A DNA stretch of 64,000 bases from Vermamoeba vermiformis (taxonomy: Eukaryota), in assembly GCA_045837725.1 (NCBI GenBank), contig JBEWZL010000168.1:1-64000 (forward strand), written 5' to 3'. Within the stretch, counting starts at the first letter, position 1. Every line of letters begins with the position of its first letter. Shown piece by piece: positions 43,285 to 54,400 of this stretch. The notes below the pieces were generated by a model, which was not told where the DNA came from, searched no databases, and worked only from the letters and a program-made list of their open reading frames with translations. The position numbers and the translations under genes were made by a program.

Positions 43285-44516
43285 GGCGGATCGATGACCC
43301 ATACGTTGATACACTTCTCACCCACCTCATGGATACTTATTACCCAGTATGACGTGGTATTTTCTAAGACAGATCTGTTATTAACTCAGTCAAATTTGTT
43401 TAGGACGCCGCGGATGAACTGCCTGCCCAGCAAAAGTGGGAACTTGTGTACCCAAAGGTATTAGTAGAATACATTGAATGTATTCTGCACGCCATTGGTC
43501 AAACTGAAAATGAGATTGTTAGTGCGGCTTTCAACGTACGTTCAACTATTATTTCCTTTTTTGGAAAATGACCATTGCATAATCGATTTTGTTTAGTCAG
43601 AGGAAGATACATGGGCAATTCCTTTACTGTCCTTTCATGCATTATTCAGTAAGCTCTGATCAATCCTTTGTTAAGTGCCATTGACATTCGTTTTCGAAAT
43701 AGAATATCCCACGGCACGTGTTCCCATCGATCAATTTTGGAAGCAGCTTCTGATTGGTCATCTACTTCGTGACTTCAACGTTAAAGAGGAATATTTGACT
43801 CCGCCGTACACTGCAAATCATTTGCAGTTTTTGACGTCCAATCTGTTTCAGCTTGTCTCCAGGTCCTCATTAACATTGTTTGATTATTAATTCAACAACA
43901 CTAATATTTTTGGTTATAGAGTGCAAGCCACATCTTTAGGGCAAGCAATTCAGTGCAAAAATGCTCTCAAGGCCACAGCAAGACAAAAGTATCTTGAAGA
44001 AGCCAAGGTAGGCACAACATTATATAATAATGAAATATTAACAAGGTATACTTGCAGCATATATTCAAGTCACCAAATTTTGATGAAGAAGTTAATATTT
44101 TCCTCAAATCAATTCCAATGCCCAGAACCAAATCCAACTTCTCTCGTACTCTTAGAATAGCTACAGCACTTAAGTATCACAACAAAAAGCTTCCTTGTGA
44201 TGCGTTTAAAGTAGAGGCTGTATTGTATGGACTTTACATGCTGAGGTTTGATCCCATGTGTTTCAACAGTGCTTCAACAGCTGAAAGTGATTTTTACATT
44301 GAAGTTGACCGAGGATTGGAACTAATAGCAACAAGTGAAGTCATTAGTCAGTACATTACTGATTTCATTGGTGTAGTGCAAAATATGGATGAATCACACA
44401 TGACTGAGGATGGTTATTTCAAAGACTTTATTGAGCCTTTGTTCAACTTCAAATATCCTGGCAACAATCCCAAACGAAAGCTGATTGAATTCCTTGAAAA
44501 TGAAGTCAACAAATGA
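43285..44516 (+). CDS. Hypothetical multi-exon protein, 5' end missing
   Basis: Exon-like ORFs linked by GT-AG introns, ending in a 154-aa ORF. No recognisable family. Confidence 0.4.
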
Positions 44517-44558
44517 CCAAACAAGATCATGGTTGAGTGACAGTGTCTGTCTTTCTGT

Positions 44559-47470
44559 TTATTTAAAATGCATTAAAATAAAAAAGACTTGGCCATAGAT
44601 GGCAAACCTGCTGCCGTTAACTTTACTTGGTCTTTTGCAACTTTGAAGCAGTTCCTTTCTGTTGCTTGATTCTTTTCTTGGTTTTTTGGTCTCTAGCAGA
44701 AAACAAAAATAACGGTGACAACCAATGCTCACCATTGCATGAAATGACTTGATGAGCTTTCTCCCACTCTTCAAGTGATTTTTTTTCATTCTCTTTTGCT
44801 GATCTGCTTGAGAGTGATCCATTAACATTTGGTGCCATCAGCATCCAGATCAAGTCCTGGTGCATTTCCAATTTAAATGTGAGGAGTTCTTTATAGACTG
44901 CAAATGGTTTAACCTGAAATAAATGAGTAAAGACTGCACTAGTTACAAGTAATTTGATTTGTTACCTTAGTACCTCCAACTTCAGCATATCTACATTGAA
45001 TGCAAAGCAACTTGGAATATTGAAAGCTTTCCTCCGTTTTAACATAAATTGGTAGCAACACATCTGCAAAGCTGGATTTCTGTTTGGTGATCATAACTGA
45101 AGGGTGGTTCAAATCCAATCTGCCTTTATAGTTGTTCAAATCTACTTGCACTGCAGTAGTGGTCACTCCATGCAAAGATACCTGCTTGCTGTTAGATATG
45201 ATATGAACACAAAAGCTAATTACATACAAAATGGGTCATCATCATGCCAAGGTACCAGTTTTGATAGTTGAATAAATTCTCCTATCTCTGCATTTAGACG
45301 GTAGCGAGCCCAGATAGATGATGCCACAGCCATTTCTAGTGTGTTTCCCTTTTCAGTCATGTCTGCAAAGGCATCTTTTGCTCCAACAATATGTAGCAAG
45401 TTAATGCTCATAGAGTTTTGAAGTTCTGGATTGCTTTTGAGCAGATGAACAGAGAATTTCTACAATGAAGTTGAGCAAAGGCATGTTTTTAGTTTGGAGC
45501 TTACTTCACAAGCTTCACCATAAAAATAGAATGGCATAGTGTATTGTCTCTTTATATCAGAGATATTAAACTTGAATGGCAATAGTGTTCCATCAGACTC
45601 CAACTCTGCATAAGTGCATTTACTAAGTAGATTAGTAAGTTTTCCTGCTAGCAAATCAAGACATACCCATAAATAACATTGCTAGGTGCTGCAGGCCTAA
45701 GCACAAGCTGGCACAAAGGCAAATCCTTTGCCAAATTTCTTCTGGTATTCCATAGGATGCAGCATCCAAAGAAGGCTTCTTGATAGAAAAGTATGAGGCA
45801 GCTGCATTATGCAATGCTTCAAAAATCTTCACTTCATTTGCATTTGTGATGTCGTCCAATGCCAGCATATCTTTGCATTTATGAATGGCTTGGAACAGAA
45901 ATTCAATGGCTCTTGGGATGCCAAGAGTTTTAACCCACATCTTGTGAATAATCTGCTTAGCACAGCCTGACAGTGCAGCTGCATCATTAGGTTGCCGGCG
46001 TTCTGGCAAGTAAAAGTGATTTAAAGTTAATGAACAAAGCTTGCTGAGGTACTCAAGATCAGTCAAGGGATCCAAAGGAATTTGCAGAGAGAAGAAGTTT
46101 AGACAGGGGAAAGAGAATAAGAGTAAGTTGCGCTCCTTTCCAGAGATATTAATCTTAATGTCAGTGAATATCTAAGAACTAATTAATGAAAAGTAATTGG
46201 GTTAGGGTGCCATCACACCTGGCATTCATCAATATTCACTAGAATTATTGGCTTGGCTCCTGCTGTTCCTGGAAAAACCTCTTCATAAGGAGTTTGATCA
46301 ACTCCAGCAAGGTAGAATCCAAAAAGATCATTAAAGCTGAATTTCTCTACCATTTGATAAGTTGGTTGTTGAGCATTGAAAACAGAGCCATCTGGGCGTC
46401 CTGATTTTTATAAAGCGATGTTGTATGGCTCTTGCAACAATTTCCTTGCTTAACTTGCCAGGATCTCTTTCCAAGACAAACAAGATTGCAGCAGTGGTGA
46501 GAATTCTGCCTTGCTTCAAGGTCTTGTGTAATTGACCCAAGAATGTAACTCTACGCTCTATATCTGCCAATTTGACTTCATCACTAATGTTCCAAAGTGC
46601 ACTGTAAATATTTTTACGGTCCTCAGGTTGCATCATTAATTGCTCCAACTTGATTGGTGTTTGTTGTTTATCCAGGGCTGATAATCCAAGCAGGAAAGAT
46701 GTAAATACTACTGGCATATGAAACACTCTGATTGCCCACTCCATCAATAGCCTGGTCTTGCCAAATCCAGGTGCTGCAATGGAAATGGAGTAGCTTGGCT
46801 TAGGAGTTTTGTCTATATAATTTGAATAACATTCAGAAAGCAGGTGGAAAACTGCATCACGCCTGTTGAAGAATGGTGGATCTTTAAATGAAGTCCAGTA
46901 TTGTTTTGCTGCCATTCCCACAGGAACTTCAAATGTGAATTTGGAAATCGAGTGATAAACTATGTGCTTTGACTTTGCTGCTTCCAATAAATTGCTCATT
47001 TCTTGTAAAGTTACTGCGTCTGCATCACGAATCAAGTCCTGAAATATTGCAAGGGGTGCAACTACAATGAATAATAATGAGTTATCTATAGAAAAGACAT
47101 GTAAAGCACTAGTGCATACACACTGCAAATGTGCACCAAAAATGCCGCGTAAATCTTACCTGGCTTCTTAAGTTTTTCAATCTCAGCCCATAGCTTTTGC
47201 AATGACGTCTTTGAAATATTCCCCTGCTTTGTAGATTCATTGAAATCATCGAGAAGCTCGTCAACTTTTTGGTAAGCAAGAAGTGCAAGCCCATCCACAT
47301 CCAAGTCGGAGAGCACGTTCGCGCTTTGTTCGGAAAAGTTCAAGACTTTTCGCGCCCAAATAGCAACTTGCCTCTTGTGCCAATCCGCCTTTGGTAGGGT
47401 GTCGTTCATTACATTATCACGCGCCCATGCTTCCAGTTGTTCATCAGACCAATCTCCAACTACTTCAAAG
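44559..47470 (-). CDS. Crinkler-like protein: SAM-like header + P-loop NTPase + PD-(D/E)xK-like nuclease, apparently frameshifted
   Basis: DWSDEQLEAWA / DWHKRQVAIWA...LSDLDVDGLALL (SAM-like), PPFFNR...AAPGFGKTRLL (Walker A), TLGIPRAIEF, and SSFADVLL...LLCIQCR (REase-like). Confidence 0.6.
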
Positions 47471-47992
47471 TCGAAAGATAAGAAGGTAGGATTAATTGAA
47501 ACGTAAGATTCGGTAGAAAAATGTTAGATCGGGTATTTTAAAAAATCGTTTTATTATTAGTATTTTATATTTTCAATTGGTGGCGCCATAATTAATTTTG
47601 CTAATGTCGGTAATTATATTGTTAAAAAATCAATTACCTCGAGTGTTAGCCATATCTATTTTTAAATTCGAAATTACAATGCGCGCAACAGATCTAGTAA
47701 CTGTTTTCGGCTACAAGACTTGTAGCAACGGCACTTTGGTGGTACATCAAAAATATGTTTGTTTTAAATGGAGATGTTGCGGGAGATTTGAGAGCCACCG
47801 TCCGCCAAAAAATACAGTTGCATCCAGTGTAGCCTTGTTTTGATAAGTATTAGCTTGATAGAGCATTATTATACGTTAAATAATATAACGATTAAAGTTT
47901 TTCGGCGTTTATTCAATTGCTTGGACACACACGCGCCAAACAACGTTAGTAACACCGCTGCCATATTTGGAAATAAACGATAAACAAACCTT

Positions 47993-50424
47993 CTACGGCT
48001 CAGGAATGTCGTCAAAGTTTAGCATCACGTTCTCAAACCGCGGGGCCTTCTTAGCACTTGCAGCTTTCTTCTTCACGGGCTCTTTTGGCGGTGAAGGAGT
48101 TGCGCGCAGGGTTGTACGAGATTGTTTCGCGGGTGAGGCAATCGAAACACCTTTCTTCGCAGGTGCCATGGTGAGCTGAGGTGTCGAGGGTGTCACAGGA
48201 AAAGACGCTGCTTGAGGAAGGCTTGGCAAGGTCGGCTTTTGGATCACTATTGGCGCGATCTTAACGGCCTCGTTAATGACCTCATGCATCGAAGACTTGA
48301 GTCCAAACACGTCCAAATCACCTCGTGGGATCTATCAAAACAATTAGGCGCGAAGACAAAAAGTAGAGAAATTTGTAAGAAAAAAAAGCGGTGATTGAGT
48401 CACTGGAAGAATACTACATCGGAAGCGGTGCTTCGAATGCATGCCCCGATGCATCTCGCATGCCCTAATAGACGCTCTACCAATTGAGCTAGACCTCCTA
48501 GGGATTGGAGATCCCGGGTTTCGATCCCGGTACCTTCTATCTTGCAGAAAGGACACGCGAAGTTATTTCCTCCCTCAGACATTGGAGCACCGTAAAATTC
48601 ACAACCAAAGAATTCCGAGACTCACGGAGTCTGACTCAAACGCTCATTCGTACCTGCTTTAGCTCTTTGCGCACCTTCTCTAATAACTGTGGATCGAGGT
48701 TGTCATTCACAGCGGACAGCGACTGTGGCAACAATTGCTCTTGTGACACCAATGCCTACGCGCAAGATTAGAGTAATTGGTTAGTATTACTCGAGTCAAA
48801 CGTGCCTTCATCAGAGAGAGTGCTGCTGTTGCGATCAGGAATCAAGGCAAAGTGCGTTTGTACAACATTCGCCGAACGTAGCTCGAAGTTGTAATGAGAA
48901 CTGACCAACATGAAGCTCTCCTATCAAAGCGATTAGCTAATTGATGTGACGCCAGTGAGGAGCACGTACCTCATCGCTGAGTATATTCACTAGGGCTTCT
49001 AATTCCTCCGAGCCGTCTCGCGCAGTTAGCACGAATGACTGATAGAAATGTCAATTTCGAAGTTGTTTATGATGCTTCAGTACCATTCCGTGGAGCAGAT
49101 CTTCACTCAGAGAGTTCAATGGGCATATCTGTTTGATGGTCATTGTTGGATCACTGTTCGTCTTGGCGAGCAGATCAGTTTGTGAGCACGGCAATGTTAT
49201 CTTGCCGAGCCTAATTCCTCGCGTAATGTCTTCTTCATCAAGCGTGGACTTGAGAATAGGACACGTCTTCTTGTCATTAGCACTCGAAGTGTCTGCCTTG
49301 CTACCCAAAGATGCCTGATGGCACGAGCAGATCTGAGCGTCATTAAGTAATTGGTAAATGAATGCTAAATACTATACTTACTGCAACAGGTTCGATCATG
49401 AGCGAAGACACTACTCTCGGTCTAGCTTTCAGCCGCCACGATTGAGAACCAAACCCGTGTAGAGTGAAACACGATCTCCTCTTTGAGACAATACTCCTCG
49501 ACGCGCTCTTTGAAGTACCGCTCGAAAGATGCAGCATCTAATATTTGAACAGTTACGGCATGGTATTTAAACGATATTTGAGTACCAGTCCCGATCCGGT
49601 GCAATCTGCAGTTTGGAAATTCTCGTAGTGCAACGGCCCAGTTCGCCAATGGAATGCTGACCTCTGTGAACTGTCTCTCATCGGGGCATATCTCCAACGA
49701 GTTGATGTTGACAAAGTCCACGAGCACTTGTTGTTGTTTGAGCTTCTACAAAGGTATAGGGTTAGCGCTGATCTCGGATCCTATATTCTCTTAGAACTTA
49801 CATCTAGAGATGATATTACGTCAGGAGATTGTGAAGGGCACTTTGTTGAAAGCCAAGCTAGCGTTCCGACAACTTTCATCTTTTGGGACGCCTTCTCGAT
49901 CAGCTTCGAAACGTGCCTAAGCAGATCGACCTCTTTTTCAAATTAACACAATTAGAACAAAGTCACTATGTCATTAATTACGAATCGGATCTGAAATAAG
50001 CGTATTTTAACGTACCTATACTAGCAGAGGCCTCTCCTTGTTCGACTTTGATAGCATCGATTGCTTTGTGTACCGCGTGGATATCGAACCTCTTCGGTTG
50101 CAGAAGGACCTATTGATATTTTGTTAGAGTCGTAGAATTGCTTAAAATAATGAATATTGAAGAAATAAGTTTAAAATAATTGTTGAATGAGGCGAGAAGT
50201 ACGACCGCTACCTGAAGCTTCTGGTGCACCAGGATGACTGCCAATAGGTTGTAGCCCTTAGTCTCTTCGGACACTATCGCGATAGAGTTGACATAAGTCT
50301 TCAGCGCGGCTTTAATATTGTCTAGGATCATCTGATGAAGCTCCTTCTGATCTGCAGTCAGATGTCGCATATCGACCGCGACGATCTCGAGAAAGGACCC
50401 TAGTTCGTTAGTTGATGCTTCCAT
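47993..50424 (-). CDS. Multi-exon hypothetical protein, weakly M1AP (meiosis 1 arrest protein)-like; host of the intronic ncRNA
   Basis: Consistent GT-AG exon chain. The C-terminal run IKQICPLNSLSEDLLHG...THFALIP...ALVSQEQLLP...LEKVRKELKQ recalls M1AP from memory only. Confidence 0.4.
48380..48387 (-). terminator. Possible Pol III oligo-T terminator
   Basis: T8 on the minus strand right after the last paired segment. It could also be part of the intron pyrimidine tract. Confidence 0.45.
48468..48547 (-). tRNA. Circularly permuted tRNA(-like) core: 3' half, 7-nt linker, 5' half. Anticodon ambiguous (GCA/Cys by numbering; body Ala-like)
   Basis: Minus strand reads CTGCAAG-ATAGA-AGGTA-CCGGG-ATCGAAA-CCCGG-GATCTCC-A, then ATCCCTA, then GGAGGTC-TA-GCTC-AATTGGTA-GAGC-G-TCTAT. 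Acceptor, D, anticodon and T stems all pair at canonical spacing. Confidence 0.8.
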
Positions 50425-50713
50425 AACGCGTTATATGATAACAAAGGATGTTTTCGCGATCAGAACGAACTTTGTCGTTGACCGAAGTTTGACCGCGAAA
50501 CAATAGTGCCAAAAACAAGCCAGAAGCATTTATCTTTAGCTAATTGATAATATGGGATCAGGTAATTATAACATATTCGAATTAGTAAAGCTATAGAACG
50601 ACGGAAGATTCGCGGAGTAAATTAATACGAGATTGAAAGTTGCGTTTGTTCTTTGTGTTTGTTTAAAAATTCTAATATGAATAGAATAAATCAAATACTA
50701 ATAGTGTTATTAA

Positions 50714-51022
50714 ATGATAGATACGCCGCAATTTTTGAAAAAGTTCTTGGTCCAAAATCTAGTCGCTTTGTTTTTGGCTTACTGGATTCGAGAAGCTACA
50801 TGGCTGATGCTAACATATGGCAGCTTTTTTGTATTATATAGCGTTATTTGTATCATATATCAAGTATTTAACCCAAACACGTACTCGCGGTCGCTCATCA
50901 GCAACATCGTGCCCAACATTCTTACTCTGATGCTTCCAGGCCTATTCTACGCATACGCAGCTTCATATTTCATGTCACATTCATATTCTATCTTTAGTGG
51001 CCTTGCTAGTTTGTTGTTCTAA
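50714..51022 (+). CDS. Small multi-pass membrane protein (possibly with an upstream micro-exon)
   Basis: 102-aa ORF with 3-4 hydrophobic segments. No family recognised. Confidence 0.4.
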   Translation: MIDTPQFLKKFLVQNLVALFLAYWIREATWLMLTYGSFFVLYSVICIIYQVFNPNTYSRSLISNIVPNILTLMLPGLFYAYAASYFMSHSYSIFSGLASLLF

Positions 51023-51482
51023 TGTTATACAAGTATTGAAAATAAAAATCTTCGTTCGAGATCGCGTGTACCAACCACCCGAAGTTACTTTTGGTACCCT
51101 ATCAGCTCCATAACCTTAAATATGCTAGTAATCTTGCAGGAATAGGAACAATAAGTTGTCGGGTCTCATTTTCCACCTACTCCCTGCACAGCGGCAAAAA
51201 TTCGCCCGAGGTTCCTTCACAAATTTTAGACCCAAGCGCAACGTGGAAGACCACTATTCTCCTTTGCTCTTATATTATTTTAATAACAAGATCGTGGTTA
51301 TTCGAAGAGTAAGAATCACCCACGCAAGCAGATTCGTTTATTTTCGAAAATTTGTTTACACGAAGTTTTGTGCGAATAGGACACGGCAAATATTTTTATA
51401 ATGCTATTCCGTGCTATTCCCATCGAAATAACTTCAAAAGATTCACGTAATTTTAATTTTTAATTTTAGATCAGGTTAGAAA

Positions 51483-54400
51483 ATGAGTTTGGTCGCGGAG
51501 ACTGGGGACTGGAAGACCAGAAAGATTAATCTCTTCAGCCTTATGAAGGGCTTTATTTCCCAGCTTAAGCCCGGTCAAGAATTGACGAAGGTATCCCTGC
51601 CAGCGGAAATCTGTCATCCCTACACCATGCTGGAAACGTTTGCGTATCGTCAAACTCCAGTTAGCTTTTTATTAAATGACTTGGACAAAGAAGCAAACCC
51701 CTTGAAGAGATTGCTGATAGTAGTCAAGTATTTCTTATCGCAGATCCGTCAAGAAACGTTCGAAAAGAAGCCATTAAACAGTGTGCTTGGTGAAACTCAT
51801 ATTGCTTGGATCGTGGATGACCGTGGAGAAAATATTGAATATTATGGCGAGCAAGTCAGCCATCACCCACCCATTTCAGCGGTGCACATCCGAAATCAGG
51901 CCAAAACTTTCTCGGCAGCTTGCAATATCTCTTTCGGAGTCAAGTTTGGTGGAAATTCTGCCGCCGTCACGCTTGCAGGTAACTATTTTATGGTGTCAAA
52001 TTTAACAGCAACCGCTGGCGAATTAAAATTTAAATTTTCGGACGCCATCCAGATCTTAGGCGAGATTACTCCTAAAATGCCGATTGCTCTGGCCTAATAA
52101 TACACAAAAAATAATATAGTACAATGGTTGCGCGAAGAATACGATTATTAATTTGATTTTGAAAATAGGAGGCGTACAGATCACATCTGAGAAGAACAAT
52201 GAAGTCTACGAGATGGACAAACCTTTGCCCGACATGTCCGTTAAGAACGTAGTGTTTGGAAAGAAATATATCGTTTGGGAAGGAGACGTTACCATTTCAT
52301 GCCCGAGCACTGGGTAAGCAAACAGCATCCGTTAATGAAACACGCTTTACGCTCATGAATGGCATAATATCATAATATACGAATAACCGATCCTTAAGAT
52401 GATTTATGTATCGCTAGATCTCTTTAAAGTAAGATCGCGGACTAATAGTTTTTAAGCTACTCCGCCATCATCAAATTTAAGGAAGATAAAGGCAAAGAAA
52501 ATTCGCTTAGAGGCATCGTGACTCACGTTGACTCCGCCGAGCCTGTTTTGGAGTTCGAGGGCAAATGTGGAGGCAAGGTTACGTACTTCATGACAGCAAA
52601 TCCAAAGGACGTTCAACTGCTCGTCGATGTTGAGACCATTCATATGGCTAGATTGAACTATTTGCCCGTAAGATCTCGTTATTGATAATATCACTCCGTA
52701 TTAATTTCAATTTTCGTACCTAGCCCGATAGGCAAGATACACTCAACTCGTTGAAAGTTTGGGCTAAAGTCAACGAAGCCATCGTCAGAGGCGAAATGTC
52801 GACCGCTGATAAGGTAATGCACGTTCAGATACTACAGACTAAGCGTGTTTTCTTTTGGGATCTCAGATCGGACCTGAATCTACTTTGTTAGTGTCTTTTG
52901 TTCAAAGCTTAACGACTTGATGTTTTAGGAGAAGAAGTTGGTCGAAGCTGAACAACGTAAGAGATCAGCAGCCGAAAAAGAAGCCGGAGTAGGTCACGAG
53001 GCAAAGTACTTCGCCGCGGATGAGAACGGGCTTTGGAAATTCAAGAACAATATTACTGTTGCTCAAGCCTTGACCGGAAAGATCGAGGAATCCGCTCCTA
53101 TTCCTGTGGCTAATACTAACGTAGTGAGGTAAGTAATTTTCATTGGCAAATCCGGATCAGTACATTCAAGGAATTTTTCAAAATTGACCAGTTTTCAGGT
53201 CCTCCTCTAAATTTAATCGAATTTGATTTTGAAGCGACTTTATTTCCAATTTTTTTATTGAAAAATGAAAAGCAATCGTCATGCGGTGGTCTAGATTTAG
53301 CCTGCTACTTGCAAAAAAAATTCTTGCATATTCAAGATTTCTAATATCGCTCAGTGAGCACAGGGATGATATACCTACAGTTACCGTCAATGGAGTCGGC
53401 GAGAAGAGGAGATCCAAACGCTTGTCGAGCAATCTCGCTCCTCCTCAACTTGGCACCCATGAGTACCACTCTGACTCCGAAGTTAACGAAAATATCGGAA
53501 ATCAATCTCCTCGCTCGCCAGATCATAACTCTCCTGACGCAGATGAGACCGCTACTAATTATGATTCGTTCAAACGCACAACGCTTGGTAAGCAGAAAAT
53601 ATTTAAAAGTATATTCAAAATACGGCTAAATATTTACTACTTTTGCCTTGTTGAAGTGTTTTGCTTTTCAAATCCATCTTTATTTTTAATGTTGTGTTAT
53701 TGCAAAGGTGCAGACGACTTGGCTCGAGCTGATCGTCTAAGCCGCTTGTCCGTCGAGTCAGGTTTTGAAAGTGACGACGGACAGAAGCGAGACAGCTTTA
53801 GTTGGAAAAATTCGTCAGGTCCGAAACGAAAAGGATCGGGCAAAGATCTCAAGATTGGACGCAAGCAAATCAAGGAAGAGCAGAAACAAATTATTAAAAC
53901 TGTTAAAGAAAGCGAGAAGAAGCGAAAGAGTGAAGGTAAGCGATCTTTTTAATCGAGTTTTCAACGCGATATTTGATCAAACCATTCAATTCGGTCAGAT
54001 ATTGAATTATACCTTTACTTCTGTTGAAAATATTATTATATACATTACAACACCAATATTCATGCAAACGGAATATTTAAAAGAGATTCTGGACACGCAC
54101 CGCCGGATCTCATCTGCGTTACGCAGTTTGAGACCGGCCTGTATATCTATATATGTAACTACAATGGCGTCCTAGTATCCTAATCCGTTTGTTAACTTTT
54201 TAATTCTTTTTGGTGCAGCTGATTATATATCAATCACCGCCTCTATTTGTTTAGATAAGGACGTCGTTATGGAAGGCTGGATGAAGCTCAGAAATCCCTT
54301 GAAGAAATGGTCGTTCAGGTATGTAATAATATCTTCATATTCATTTTTTATTCAGATTTATTTTGATTCAATACCTAAAAATAGCAAATTACTGGCGAAT

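Larger units (their letters stand above)
48380..48645 (-). ncRNA. Larger structured intronic RNA enclosing the permuted tRNA
   Basis: Nested helices TCGCGTGTCCT/AGGGCATGCGA, GGAGGAA/TTCTTCC and TTGAGTCA/TGACTCAA, plus side hairpins. Ends in T8. The 5' end is uncertain. Confidence 0.55.

Noticed and set aside
48400-48560. Two tandem degenerate tRNAs, or a normal-order tRNA using ATTCGAAGC as T-loop
   Set aside because: The downstream sequence gives no 5-bp T-stem or anticodon arm. The permuted halves complement each other and their flanks pair.
48380-48645. Two-piece (permuted) tmRNA
   Set aside because: It has a full D-stem, no G3-U70, no evident tag ORF, and sits in a nuclear spliceosomal intron.
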